Shown piece by piece: positions 11,865 through 25,365 of a stretch of DNA of 43,633 nt. Each line of letters begins with the position of its first letter. Position 1 is the stretch's first letter. Source of the DNA: Octopus sinensis (lineage: Eukaryota); NCBI RefSeq assembly GCF_006345805.1, contig NW_021835013.1, positions 1-43,633 on the forward strand. Reading direction: 5' to 3'. The translations under genes were made by a program, and so were the position numbers. The notes under the pieces were generated by a model, which worked only from the letters and a program-made list of their open reading frames with translations, ran no database searches and was not told the DNA's origin.

Positions 11865-13792
11865 AAGGAACCTGTTAGATATAGTTAAACAAAGCATTGA
11901 CTTTCGTAGCAGTAGCAAATAGTTATTATGTGGGTCATATATCTAACAATGACTACAGGACTACACCATAAATGGAGCATTTATTTTACACGTATCTCTT
12001 TGTTGAAGGTCAAAGTCTACCCAGAATTGATATGAACTCTAAGCGTATCGGGACAGAATAAATGTTATTAAACATTTTGGATGGAGCAGTACTAAGTGTA
12101 CATACTTGATGTTGAAGAGAATATTAAATGTTTCAAATGATATTTTTTATGTGATCATTTTCTGATTTGGCTATCTCACCAGCTTTAATTGCTTAAATAG
12201 TAACATTTTCAAAGTTGAAGTCAATGTCAAAATGAAGTTAAAATTTTCTCAATAAGATTAATGTACAGACAAGAAAAATATCTGTTAATTATATTTTATG
12301 TATATCTTATATTTTATTTCGCAGTGAAATTCAAAAGTGAACAAACACATAATCAATATATAGCTGTATTATTATAATCAATAATTTCATTAAGTTAATA
12401 TTCAATTGAAATATATCGTGGGAGATTACAATAAATTTCAGTGATTCCTGTCTATTAATTTATTTTCTTCTGTTTGTTGTGTTTCAAAGAGATGAATTTG
12501 TAACAAATAATCAACAGTCTAGAATTGTAATGAAGTAAACAGGCGTCGTTTATAAATAAGTCAAAATAAAAACAAACCACAAGATAAGACTAATACTAGG
12601 GAATGCAATCTCTCTCTCGAAACAAACGACGACTGGTTTGAGCAATTGGCAGGGTCCGAAAGAATCGACAATACCCTTATTCAGTTCAAGCCCTTCTCGG
12701 CCAATGTATCTGATGTTACTAATAACTCTCCCTAAAAATTTTAAATCAATATCAGGGAAGGCATGAGCAGAGATGGAACTACGGAGACATATGGCGTTCT
12801 AGTAAGAAAGGCGATCGTGTAGTGGTTAATGTAGGGACCTAGCGGCAGGGCCCCTAAAACTCTATTAAGTGCAGGAGGGGCGAGCAGAACAGGAATGCCT
12901 AAGTGAAAATTGCTGTGAACCCAGCCTGTTCAGTGGGGCAGAGGCCATTGTAGTACGGTAGAGATATCCGTGCATTTTCATATCGTTCATATTCTTACGT
13001 GACATATTGTACACCACACTACAGTACAAAGTGAAGCCTTCACGTTTTAAGGGACCGCCTCGTTGTCTGTTGATTGGCTAAAATTACCCAAATGTCATAT
13101 ATCATCAGACTCTTTAATTTACGAGATAATGTAATTGGTTGATCGTAATCAAAATTCAGAGCAGCATCGATGCACCAAAATTGAAGGCAATCTGAGCAAA
13201 ATTAAAGAGGGCTCATTTTGTGTATTAAACAAACTAGATTTAGGAGCGTCACCAAAGATCCAGTTTGAACAGCAGTTTTGTGCTTATGTGAATGTCTTGT
13301 TAAAAACTGCTAAAAGTGGCTTTCCTTACAATGTGGTGAGAAAGAGATAGATAGGTATTAGCTTTATACTACATATGTACAACTCAGTAGCGTGAGGGTT
13401 ATTCAATCCAGAGAAATTATGAGAAATAATAGATGATAAAATGTTGTGTGAGAAGATAATTAGATAAATACATAAGGGCATTATAGTAGATATATAGTAA
13501 TCAGTATTAGAGGGAGTGATTACAGAGGAAATTAGGGGAAGTGATTGTAGAAATTATTGAAGGGAACTTCTAGCTCGAGAAATTAGGTGGGAGGGCAAAT
13601 GTTAAAACAGACAGATAAGGGGGGAATAAAACAAAGCAGACGTCAGACCTACAGGGCTGGGTATCAATGAGAGGGGGAATAGGTAATAAAGTGGACGCAA
13701 TAAAGATAGTGGGCGGTCAAATTTTACTAGACGAGAGAACTAGGGTTGCCTAGCCACTAAAATACACTACAAATAGATGACAGCTAGCAAAT

Positions 13793-14157
13793 GGATGGAA
13801 GCATTCCGTCGGTTACGACGATGAGAGTTCCGGTTGATCCGATCAAAGGAACAGCCTGCTCGTGAAATTAACGTGTAAGTGGCTGAGCATTCCACAGACT
13901 CGTGTACCCTTAACGTAGTTCTCGGGGATATTCAGCGTGACACAGAGAGTGACAAGGCCGGCCCTTTGAAATACAGGTACAACAGAAACAGGAAGTAAGA
14001 GTGAGAGAAAGTTGTGGTGAAAGAGTACAGCAGGGATCACCACCATCCCCTGCCGGAGCCTCGTGGAGCTTTGGGTGTTTTCGCTCAATAAACACTCACA
14101 ACGCCCGGTCTGGGAATCGAAACCGCGATCCTACGACCGCGAGTCCGCTGCCCAAAC
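13793..14157 (-). mobile_element. Near full-length tRNA-derived SINE (family B)
   Basis: B-box GGTTTCGATTCCC; TSD cagctagcaaat at 13781-13792 and 14158-14169; head and body shared with 22977-23240. Confidence 0.9.
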
Positions 14158-14944
14158 CAGCTAGCAAATAATTGACTTAAGATTTGCAGTATAAAAGCTA
14201 AGGTTAACACATAATGTTATGGAAATAAAAATATAAAAGTAAAAATAAATTATTTAATGAAAAGTAAGTAAATAAAGCAATAAAAATAATCAAATTAAAA
14301 TTAGAAATAAAATTAACACTTAAATTACAATTTAGATTAAGATTGAAAATAAGAAATGAGTACCCCTAGCGCTAATGAAGATATAATGTTAGTGAAATCT
14401 GCGGAAGAACTATGGCCCCAAAGTGTCTATATAGATAGGCAGAGAAGTTTTAGTACCGTATATTTAATAACGGTCAATGGGTTATGTATTTGGAAGTGCT
14501 GGACACGTAATAAATCTAATAGTGACAATCAGAAGTGTTAGTATTTCTATACTTAGATCTGTGAAAAAATTTGAAGAACTTAAAAACCCTGCATACAAGT
14601 GCAGAATACTTCGTATTTGTTATTAAGTAAGAATGAAAGGATACGTAACAATAGGTGCATAGATTCTTTTAGGCATAACCAACAGGTACCATGCTGGCCC
14701 TGGTGTGGGAGGCCGGAGTCAGTGATAGACCGGGATATACTATAAGGATTTTCTTTCTTTTTAAGGTAACATACTATAGACATACATGTGCATGTTGCCT
14801 TGTTTCAAAAATTCCTGTCGTATCTAAAAATATTCCATGCGTCAGTTCAAATGTATGCTTTTTTATATCTGAGGAGTTTTCCTTTATATCAGGAAACATA
14901 CTTAAGAAAGTTTGTGTATGTGCGTGTCTGTGTATATCTCTGCC

Positions 14945-14965
14945 CTTATATATACATGTGTATAT

Positions 14966-15030
<65 letters not shown>

Positions 15031-15299
15031 GTATATATATACATATATATATATAAATACATATGTATATATATATATATACATATGTATATATATACAT
15101 ATATATATAATATATATATATACATATATATAACATATATATATACATATATATATACATATATATATATACAATATATATACATATATATATACATATA
15201 TATATACATATATATATACATATATATATATACATATATATATACATATTATATATACATATATATATACATATATATATATACATATATATACATTAT

Positions 15300-15366
<67 letters not shown>

Positions 15367-15450
15367 ATATACATATATATTATATATATACATAATATAT
15401 ATATATATAATATATATATACATATATATATATATATTTATATATTAGAA
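14945..15450. repeat. Large imperfect (TA)n/(TACA)n array
   Basis: Directly visible; source of many YI-repeat ORFs. Confidence 0.95.
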
Positions 15451-16468
15451 GACATCTAATCCACCTTGTGGTTACTATAAAGCTTTGTCTGTGAAATTTA
15501 GTTTCCTCTGTTGTTTAGGTTCTTCTCAAAACTTTGATGATAAATTTTAAGATTTTAGGCAAGTGCATTTCTCAGAAGCATGAATAGCTTCACCTAAGAT
15601 TGTATAATTATGTTTGTTGTTTGTTCCTCTTATTCCGACGGGCGAAATTTTAATAAGATCTAGTCTAGAGATGTACAAGCCGCATCCAATTAGTTAGAGT
15701 ACTATTAAGTGTGGCATAGTTCTTATTGTAAACATTTTACCTGTATATCTGTATCTAATTAGAAACTATAATTTTCAATGAGATTTTTTACCTGAGAGAA
15801 TTCAACAACTACAGAACTCTATTATGTATTTATATCGTCTCGTTTATTATCATGTGGCTTTAGCTGTTTATGTTACATTTATATTCTTTCTTTTATCGTT
15901 TTATCGAATAAGATTGCTGTAAGAAAACAAACAAACAAAAAGGAAATTGAATGAATGTGTGAGTTATGTGAGGGTTAGGTTCTGCCGTCATACATTTAGT
16001 AACACATTGTTAGCAAGACTATTTCTTGAAGATATAAAAGCTACTTCTAAAACTTTATATTTTCCCCCGTTTCTTTCGAAACGTAGCATACGCAGTTAAA
16101 TGTATTTCAATATATAATGAACCTAGTTGCACATATGGTAAAATGCTACTCATTCTATAAGACTGGTTACTGTTAGGGAAGTACTATTTTTTGTATTAGA
16201 CCTGGTGGCAAGAAAAATAGACTTCTGTGGACTGTGATTGTTTGCATGCAACGCCTACACAGAGATAGAACTTTTATTTTATTTTGTAACTTTATTAGTT
16301 TTTAGTTTTCCCCTTTTTTCTCTTTCTTTCCTATTTTCTCTATCATATGACTTTCTAAATGAACAATCTGGTGTGTTTATGTTCATGGCCTACCAATGTA
16401 TGCAGTATGTTTCTCTGCTCTAGGTGTCAGGAAGACACTCGGCAAGAAATGGAAACAATCGAAATATG

Positions 16469-16545
16469 CTAATAATAATAATAATAATAATAATAATTAT
16501 TATTATTATTATTATATTATTATTATTATATTATTATTATTATTA
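16469..16545. repeat. (AAT)n directly followed by (ATT)n
   Basis: Directly visible. Confidence 0.9.
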
Positions 16546-16874
16546 TATAAAAATTAAGACTCAGATGATGACAATGACGACAACAACAACAGCTGCCCGA
16601 GTAATATTAAGTTTGGGAGGAGTGAATAAGTCGATAATATCGGTTCGTGTATTCAAATGTATCGATATCTTTAGGTATAGTTTTCCTCGACGAAATATTC
16701 TCTTAGAATGTAAGAAATCTTAAGCAATACCGCTGGGAAATTGTGGCCTGAATCATTCTTTCCAATCTAGGCACACGTCTAGCAATCTAAATATTCTTGT
16801 ACAGTTTGACAGGATATATAAATAAAATTATACCTCAAATACAATGCTATTGAAGATAAGAATATCTTAATATC

Positions 16875-17094
16875 GGTTTCAAATTTTAGCTCAAGGGGAT
16901 GAAGTTCAGGTGAGTAGGTATGTCGATTACACTAACTCCAGTGCTCAACTGGTACTTAATTTATCGACCCCCGGAAGGATGAAATGTAAAGGAGTCCTTG
17001 ACAGAATTTGAACTCAGAACGCAAAGACGGAAGAAATGCCGCTCAATATTTTCCCGACGTGCTAAGTATTCTACTAGTTCGCCACTTTGAAAAT
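16875..17094 (-). mobile_element. Diverged family-A-related SINE with alternative tail
   Basis: ggtacttaatttatcgacccc, gaatttgaactcagaac; TSD atatcttaatatc at 16862-16874 and 17095-17107. Confidence 0.75.
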
Positions 17095-17159
17095 ATATCT
17101 TAATATCAAAAGCAAAATAAGCGTGGAAATGCACAGCAGAGCAAAGACAAATGGAGTTG

Positions 17160-17480
17160 TATCATCCGCTCCGATACTTAATTTGAATTTTATTTTAATG
17201 ATCCCAAACCCATGAAAAGTAACTACGACCAGAAAAGTATTTGAATCTAGAAAAATACCACAGGGTGTCTAAGTGATGCTGAAATTATTCTGCTTGCATG
17301 TTGCCTTATAATAATTACTATGGATTTAAACACTACGCCGGCAGTCTCGGGAGTTGGTGGGGTTGTCGATAGCATCACTATGAGTACTTCACTAGTACTA
17401 TGAGTACTTTATTTTTCGACCCTCGAGGTAAGGAAAACAAATCTATTCCCGGTAGGAAACGAAAACATAATGTAAGAACC
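17160..17480 (-). mobile_element. Two heavily decayed family-A-like SINE remnants
   Basis: Residual gtcgatagcatc, gtactttatttttcgaccc and tatttgaatctagaa motifs. Confidence 0.4.
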
Positions 17481-17892
17481 AAATAATACAAATATTTTGC
17501 AGGTTGAAGATGACTAGGGTCATATGTAATATAATTAGTCATAAACCGACAATTAAATATTCGTCATGCATGACCCTCTATTTGAGAGTATAATAGTTTC
17601 AAATTTTGGCAATGTCAGGGGAATAAATCAGTTCCAATATACAAAAGGTAATTATTTTGTCGACATTGAGAGAATCTGAATAACTAGTGTTCATTAAGAA
17701 ATAAGATGAAAAGATTGCGCAGATTGAAAGAGGACATAAAATTAATGGTGGCATATGTTTGGCAGCCATCACAATTGTTGAACTGTTAGAGATAAGAAGC
17801 GAATGGGCAGGAAACACCATTTCATTAAAATTTTAAATGAAATATATTTCTATTTAATGGTATATATCAAAATTATAGCCCTTTTTTTTACT

Positions 17893-18085
17893 TGTTTCAG
17901 TTATTTTACTTGTGGCCATGCTGGAGCACCACCTTTTAGTCGTGGAAATCGAGCCCAGGACATATTCTTTGTAAGCCTGTACTTATTCTATCGGCCTATT
18001 TTTGCCGAAGCGCTGAGTTGCGGGGACGTAAGCACATCAGCGTCGGTTGTCAAGTGATATTGGGGTGGCATACAGAGACACATAA

Positions 18086-18162
<77 letters not shown>

Positions 18163-18331
18163 CATAAAAGACGGGCTTCTTTCAGTTTCTGTCTATCAAA
18201 TCCACTCACAAGGCTTTGGTCGGCCCGAGGCTATAGTAAAAGTCACTTGGCCAAGGTGCCACACAGTGTGACTGAACCCGGAACAATGTGATTGGTAAGC
18301 AAGCTACTTACCACACAGCCACTCCTACGCC
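17893..18331 (-). mobile_element. tRNA-derived SINE family C with internal (CA)/(TA) spacer
   Basis: Head ggcgtaggagtggctgtgtggtaag...ccgggttcagtc; body ctatagcctcgggccgaccaaagccttgtgagtggatt; collinear with 42030-42438. Confidence 0.85.
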
Positions 18332-18760
18332 GTTTATAAAAAATAAAATTACGACTTATATACGAAGATTTTTTTTCTGATGTTTTTTTACAATTCTGTA
18401 AATAATAAGAGTAACATTTTATAAGTTTAAGCTTATGAGCGCTCACTGTGTAATTACAAATATTGTCTCATATTGTCTAATAACAATAAATCTAATTTTG
18501 GGCCATATAAGACTTCGACAGAACAAAGTAGGGTTTTTCCCATGCCGCATGCATACGGAAACAAAACATACTTTTTTCCCGCCGAGGGCTTATTTGCCTC
18601 AATATTAGACTATTCAGTCATTACACATCGATGGTTTATAAACTTTAAGCTTATAAAATATTATTATATACGTGTGTGTGTTTGTGTGTGTCTATGTATA
18701 TACATGTATGTGTTGGTGTATGTGTGTGTGAGATTCTCGAGGTTTGTATGTCTGTGCGTA

Positions 18761-18791
<31 letters not shown>

Positions 18792-18796
18792 CTATA

Positions 18797-18846
<50 letters not shown>

Positions 18847-19139
18847 CCAACACATAAATTAGAAGGAAAAGAATACAAATTAGAAATAATAACACAACAA
18901 TATCTGTATATCTTCCTTGGTTCATGTGAGAAGTCTATATAAATAATCTCAAGGAGGAATGGTTCAAATATATTTTGAAACATTCGTTATTTTATTATAC
19001 ACACGTGAATAAAATGTGATAACTGGTACATGTTCTTCACAAGAAACACAAATAAACAATTTTAAAGCACAGGAAACATAAATACGTCCACGCATCCCAC
19101 CCAAACACCCACACAAATATTTATCCATACACACACACA

Positions 19140-19163
19140 CACATATATATACATATATATATA

Positions 19164-19194
<31 letters not shown>

Positions 19195-19377
19195 CGTAAA
19201 TATATATATATATATACTATATATATACATAAAATATATTATATACATATATATATACATAATATTATATATATATATATATACATAAATATATATATAT
19301 ATATTACATAAATATATATATATATATAAATATATATATATATACATAAATTATATATATATATATACATAAATAAT

Positions 19378-19412
<35 letters not shown>

Positions 19413-19585
19413 CATAAATATATAATATATACATAAATATATAATATATATATATATATAATAAATATATATATACATAAATATATATATATATATACAT
19501 AATATATAATATATATAAATATATATAATATATATAAATATATATATATATATATAAATATATATTATATATACATATATATAAT

Positions 19586-19618
<33 letters not shown>

Positions 19619-19740
19619 TTGTATATATTTATATATATATATATATGTGTGTGTGTGTATGTATATATATAAACATATGCATATGTATATATATATATTT
19701 TATATATGTATATATATATGTGTGTGTGTGTGTGTGTCTG
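19140..19740. repeat. Large imperfect (TA)n array
   Basis: Directly visible. Confidence 0.95.
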
Positions 19741-20478
19741 TATATACAGAAGAAGAAATGTGAGGAATAGAGATAAATAGGTGTACAAAAATAGAAATAT
19801 ATATAAATATACGCTCATTGGTGATTGCTTCTTTTTTTAAATTTCATTGTGTTTCATTTATTTTATTTCATTGCCATATATTTATTATCATACAACTTTA
19901 CAACTTGTAGACATTTACCTATATATATACATACGTACATACACACGTATACATATATCGACATATATACAAGATTATATATCAAATATAATAATAATAT
20001 TGAAAGCAAACAGATCTTAAAAGCAAAAGCATGGAAAAGAACAACAGAGCCGAGTAAATGACAAAGGTGTTGTACAAGAAGAATCGAGAAAAATCATACT
20101 AATTGTCACAGGAATAAATTTACAAGCTGACGTCATTAGTGTGAAGATATTGCTGTTGCTTGGTAACTGTTGTGCCTCTAAATGCAAAATGCAAATGGTA
20201 ATTAAGTTGGCAGTTGTTAGCTGGAAGGCAAAGTGAAAGCAAACGAACAGCTAATGATATAAAACATATATTCACACACACACAGAGAATCAATCACACT
20301 CTCATACACACACAGACGCAGGCACACGCAGACACACATACATATACACATATGATCATATGTATGTGTATATATATATATATATATATGTATGTATATA
20401 TATATCCATGTGTTTATATGCATATGTCTATACTTCTATATTTCTAATTGTATTTGTACATACGTATAAGTGTATATG

Positions 20479-20513
<35 letters not shown>

Positions 20514-20669
20514 CAGATACACAAACATATATATATATACATACATATATATATATGTATTATGTATATATGTATGCATGTATATATAAGCATATTTTTT
20601 GAGTATATATATATATATATATATAATATATATATATATATATTATATATATATATATAAGTGTATATG

Positions 20670-20711
<42 letters not shown>

Positions 20712-20843
20712 CAGATACACATACATATATATATATACATACATATATATATATATGTAATATGTATATATGTAGCATGTATATATATAAGCATATTTTT
20801 TGAGTATATATATATATATATATATATACATATGTACAAATTC

Positions 20844-20896
<53 letters not shown>

Positions 20897-21935
20897 CCGG
20901 GTTATCACCTGTAATGTTAGGTTGCCACAAGTTTTCAGCTCTTTCTTGTACTATGAACCCTTCTTTTTGAAGGAGCTCTACCGGGCATTCAATTCGAATC
21001 TCCCTGAGCTATTTGTCTATATCTTTGCTGACTGTTCCCAACGCACCACTTATTGTAGGCACAACCTTTACTCTTCCCATGCTCCAAATTCTTCCTATTT
21101 CAAATCTTATGGGATTCTTTTTTTCTTTTTTGTTTTTCTTCTTCCTTTACGATCCTAGAATCAAATGGGAATGATGGGTCGATAAGGAAGCAACTATGCT
21201 TTTCCATATCTATACTTGTTCTGTCTGGTCTATCAGTTTCTAATTTCTTGTCCATTTGAATAGGATGTTCCCACAAAATCTTACATTTCTCCGACTGCAG
21301 TACTCTTTCAACTCGGTGATTGTACCATGTATTTCGAGCTTCAAATCTCCATTTCTGGCAAATTTTCCAGTGTAAAACCTTTACAACCTGGTCGTGCCTC
21401 CATTTCTTCTTGTGCCAACTTTGGGCATTCTGCCCCAATGTATGGCGACTGTCATGTTCCAAGTTGTACAGGCTTTACATTTTTCTGACACATTTTCTGC
21501 ATATATATTTTCTCTCAAGTTGTTTGTTTTCATCGCTTGGTCTTGGGCTGCTGCTGTTAGGGTCCCTGATTCTTTATATAACCAAGCCAGTATTTTGTCC
21601 CTCATACATCTTCAGTGGCTCTCCAAAGTTACCAGTGCAGAGGTCACTCTTAGATCTGTGGGATTTGCCCTCTTTGTATTTCATTCTTTTACTTTTCCCC
21701 TATTAAGCATTTCATCATCTGTTCTTTATTAACTTCTTTAGTAATTTTTCTGTGCTGTTCTGTAAATACACGACTAGACATTTTATTTCGACCTATACGC
21801 ATTGATCTACTGCCATTAAACATGTTCCACCCTGGTCTCACTTCAAGTACAGCCGGCTTATATCACCTTTCGCATTGTGGGCAATATACATGGTCAACAA
21901 CGTCCTAGGTTTTCTGTTACTTCCCTTTACATCAT
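20897..21935 (-). mobile_element. 5'-truncated RLE-type non-LTR retrotransposon (R4/Dong-like), copy A, disrupted
   Basis: Translated pieces: RKPRTLLTMY..KGDISRLYLK (post-RT), TAAAQDQAMKTN, zinc-knuckle CKAC...H...RHDQVVKVLHW, RLE motif ILWEHPIQMDKKLETDRPD...LIDPSFPFD, C-terminus [11 protein letters not shown]...CPVELLQK; several stops and frameshifts. Confidence 0.85.
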
Positions 21936-21939
21936 TTTT

Positions 21940-22500
21940 GGTCAATTATTATTATCATTTCTATTTATCACAGGTTTTGTTGGAGGTCCTGGAGTCTTAC
22001 ATGACTAGAGGGCTTGCTACCAGAAACCTATGGTACCATGCTATCCATTCTTTTCTGCTATCTAATACTTCGCTGACTATTCTGGCCGGGCCAAGAAGGC
22101 AAACCTGTTGTAACAGTTCTACTGGGCACACTATTCCAATTTCCTTTATATCCCCCTGGATGACTTCTGATACTATTTCCAAGGGCCCAACAATAATTTG
22201 CACCCCTACACTTTCTTCATTTTCCATAGCCAGGCTATTTCGTAGTTAAAGGGGTTTTAATTATCTATCTTTTCGCCTTACTTCTTGAATATCCGTGGGT
22301 CAAAATGGCACACAACATCAACTAAATAGCATATGTGGTGCATCTAGTCCATCACCACTGGGTCCGGTCTGTTATACTCTAGCACCTGATCAGTTTGGAC
22401 TGGGAAATCCCAGAGGGTTTTGCTAGTCTCCGACTCTTCGGTTTGTGCTGGAACCACCTCTTACCTCTCTTTAGCCCCAACTTTGAGCACAGTTTCCAAA
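21940..22500 (-). mobile_element. 5'-truncated RLE-type non-LTR retrotransposon (R4/Dong-like), copy B
   Basis: LWDFPVQTDQVLEYNRPD...CYLVDVVCHFDPRI, then IIVGPLEIVSE...CPVELLQQVCLLGPARIVSEVLD; short (TAA)n at the 3' end and a (TAA)n tract at 22507-22545 on the 5' side. Confidence 0.85.
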
Positions 22501-22976
22501 GTAGGTATTATTATTATTATTATTATTATTATATTATTATTATTATTGAAATCCTCAATATATATATATATATTTACGTTTCTATCTATCGATATCTATC
22601 TCTATACTTATATAGTATGATATTCACTTCAGTTAATAAACAACCATAAAATGGTGAATAGGTTTTTGGTGGTATACATATCCAATGTTCGACATGTTTC
22701 ACATTTTATGTAGATACTAAAATATATATTATAATTAATATAAACATCAATCAATGGGTTAATTATACTGCTCTTTGTTAATAGTAATTTTTCATGATGT
22801 GTTATTCCTAAAATAATTATATTATATTGCGTTCTTTATATAACACACATGATCCTTAATAATCTTCAATAAATTATTTTACTATTTTGTACTTTTAAGT
22901 TTAAGAACTTTAATGGTGAAAAAAAACTGTAATTCATCGTTTACGTAATGCTTTCATGTATGTGTATATATATATA

Positions 22977-23240
22977 GTGGTTAGGGCAGTGGACTCGATG
23001 GCGGTTTCGATTCCCAGACCGGGCGTTGTAAGTGTTTATTGAGCAAAAACACCTAAAGCTCCAAGCAGAGGGTGGTGGTGATTCCTGTTGTGCTCTTTCG
23101 CCACAACTTTCTCTCACTCTTTCTTCTGTTGGCCTGCTCGCTTAGCCAGCAGGGTGGCGTAATTTGAGGGCTAAAACAATGCGAAGCGCATTGTGGCCAG
23201 CGATGTTTTGCAACATCCCTGTGTTCACGGGGATATATAT
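22977..23240 (+). mobile_element. SINE with family-B head/body and a different tail
   Basis: gcggtttcgattcccagaccgggcgttgtaagtgtttattgagc...cacaactttctctcactct matches 14010-14140 (reverse strand), then diverges. Confidence 0.8.
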
Positions 23241-24314
23241 ACATAGCTTCCGTTTTTCTTCACTGCCACACCTGAGTTAACTCCAAATCCTGTAGTTTCA
23301 ATAATTGTTAAAACTAACCCTTTTACCCTCGGTGAGAATTCTAAAATATAATTTGTAAAACAATACATTTAAAACGCTTGGGCTGTTTGTAAACTACTAT
23401 TTAGTACTTTACAAGCAGTAGTTTGTATACTGTGTAGATGGATAGATATATACATACGTTACATACATATACATATACACATACATAAGCAGATATATGT
23501 ATATGTGTGGATATACATATATATAGATATGTATACGCAGACACACTCATACGTGCGCTCACATGCATACATACACACTTCCTCGAATTCAGTAAATTGC
23601 CATACATCAGTTGAATTTGGTAAGCAGGCTGTTAGGAATAAAATGGAGGTTCCTTTCTTATTCAAAGAGGAAAAGAAAAAATCAAGAATACATATGATAG
23701 CGTCAATAAAACACCGATAAAAGTTCATCACAAAGAAATTTATATAAATCACAAATATTTAACCACAGAATCACAAATATCAAGAGTAACAAGCAAAGCA
23801 TTCTGAAACTGCAGTGTATTGAACATGACTTCAACGTAAAAACAAACATAATTTATTATTTATAGTTAAATAGCTCATTAACGGACAAATTTATGTTAAT
23901 ATCTAGCAACCTTATTAATATTCATTTGAACATATGAACAACAGTGTTCTACTTAAGGTCAAATTTAATTCTTAGACGAACATATACGCACACTCCAAAC
24001 ACTCATATACATACACACACATGTATATATATATATATTATATATATATATATGTCATAAAGCAGTGTGTTTATGCGTTTATGTATTGAAGATGGTGATA
24101 ATGAGGTGAAGATGATGATAAGGACAATGAAAATGAGGATTACAATGACAATTACTAGCCACTTTATATTTAATTCTATAGTTAAGAGACAAATACTGTG
24201 TAATATCTACGACGGTGCGAAACACGTGACGCAATGAATAACGTTTCTGAGAAAATGTATTTTAAGATGCATACGGATCTTCCCAATTAAAACGATTCGC
24301 TAAAGTGTCACCAA

Positions 24315-24485
24315 TCTCTCTCTTTCTTTGTCTCTCTCTCTCTTTCTTTCTCTCTCCCTCCCTTTCTTTCTCTCTCTCTCTTTCTCTCTTCATTTCTCCT
24401 TTTGTCCCTTAGTCTTTCTCTTTTTCTCGACTCTCCGTTTCCCACCTCTCATCCCCTCTCTCTCATTCACTCTCCCTCCTTCTTA
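24315..24485. repeat. CT-rich polypyrimidine tract
   Basis: Directly visible. Confidence 0.85.
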
Positions 24486-24621
24486 TCGTGTACCTAGAAG
24501 GTTCATGTACTTTTAAAGCCCCGCGTTATTAAAATTCATCATGGTTACCCGTCATTGGAAATAGCACAAATATTAAACATATCTCGTGTATACATAACAC
24601 TTCCGCGATAATTGTCAAAAG

Positions 24622-24711
24622 GATTATGTGGACACTCAAGATTATGTGGTCACTCAAGATTATGTGGACACACAAGATTATGTGGACACTCAAGATCATG
24701 TTGACACACAA
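24622..24711. repeat. 18-bp minisatellite, 5 units (gattatgtggacactcaa)
   Basis: Units begin at 24622, 24640, 24658, 24676 and 24694 with 0-3 substitutions. Confidence 0.95.
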
Positions 24712-25297
24712 GGGTATCAATTATTTGTAGATACACAGTAGCTCATATGAAAAGTATACGAAAAAGAATCTATGAAATATAGACGAATTTCTTCAACGAC
24801 ACTTTAAATTTCTTAATTAGATTATATTAATGCTGTGTATAGAATGGATTTTGATGCGTAGAGTTAATTTCTCTAGAATTCCATCTGATACCCATGCGTC
24901 AATTACACCAATACAAAATTGGTACAAGAGAATATGTATAACCATAGAATTAGAACATGTCAATGACAATATGTAGCACATAGTTTTAAATGAGAAACTT
25001 ACAGCACAGAGATTGCGAACGGGCACCATTCATTTAAAATCAATGAGTATATTCCCATGCACGCCAATAGTCACGAAAGAGAAGTAACTATTAACTGCAT
25101 TCTTAACAATATTTCGCCAGACATTTAAGACTCACACAAGGACACCTGCCCAAATGTATATATAATTGCTTTTGTTTGTGTGCACGCACATATATATATA
25201 TATATATACCGCAATGACTTCAATTCCCGATATGTGAAATGAATAACTGAGTTATTTTGCAATTAATTAGTTATACACATGTATACATTAATTAATA

Positions 25298-25365
<68 letters not shown>

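Noticed and set aside
12780-13790. Possible decayed PLE C-terminus (..LFNTQNE..) and a CTGATGA on the minus strand near 13100
   Set aside because: Many stops and no GAAA or stems in register; probably an old repeat but I cannot classify it.
21320-22249. Plus-strand ORFs of 112-128 aa
   Set aside because: Antisense shadows of the minus-strand LINE fragments.
20030-23335. Ionotropic glutamate receptor identity for the minus-strand gene (LTTANLITI at ~20190; GFGVNSGVAVKKNGS at ~23250-23300; FPRVLVGVW)
   Set aside because: The motifs are in the wrong order (S2-like before M3-like), no convincing M1/M2 exons were found, and AT-rich DNA easily gives such hydrophobic matches.
23580-23815. Hydrophobic transmembrane-like translations (SFRMLCLLLLIFVILW..)
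   Set aside because: All three frames look hydrophobic because the DNA is T-rich; no consistent exon model.
24622-24711. CRISPR-like array
   Set aside because: The units are contiguous with no unique spacers, and the context is eukaryotic.
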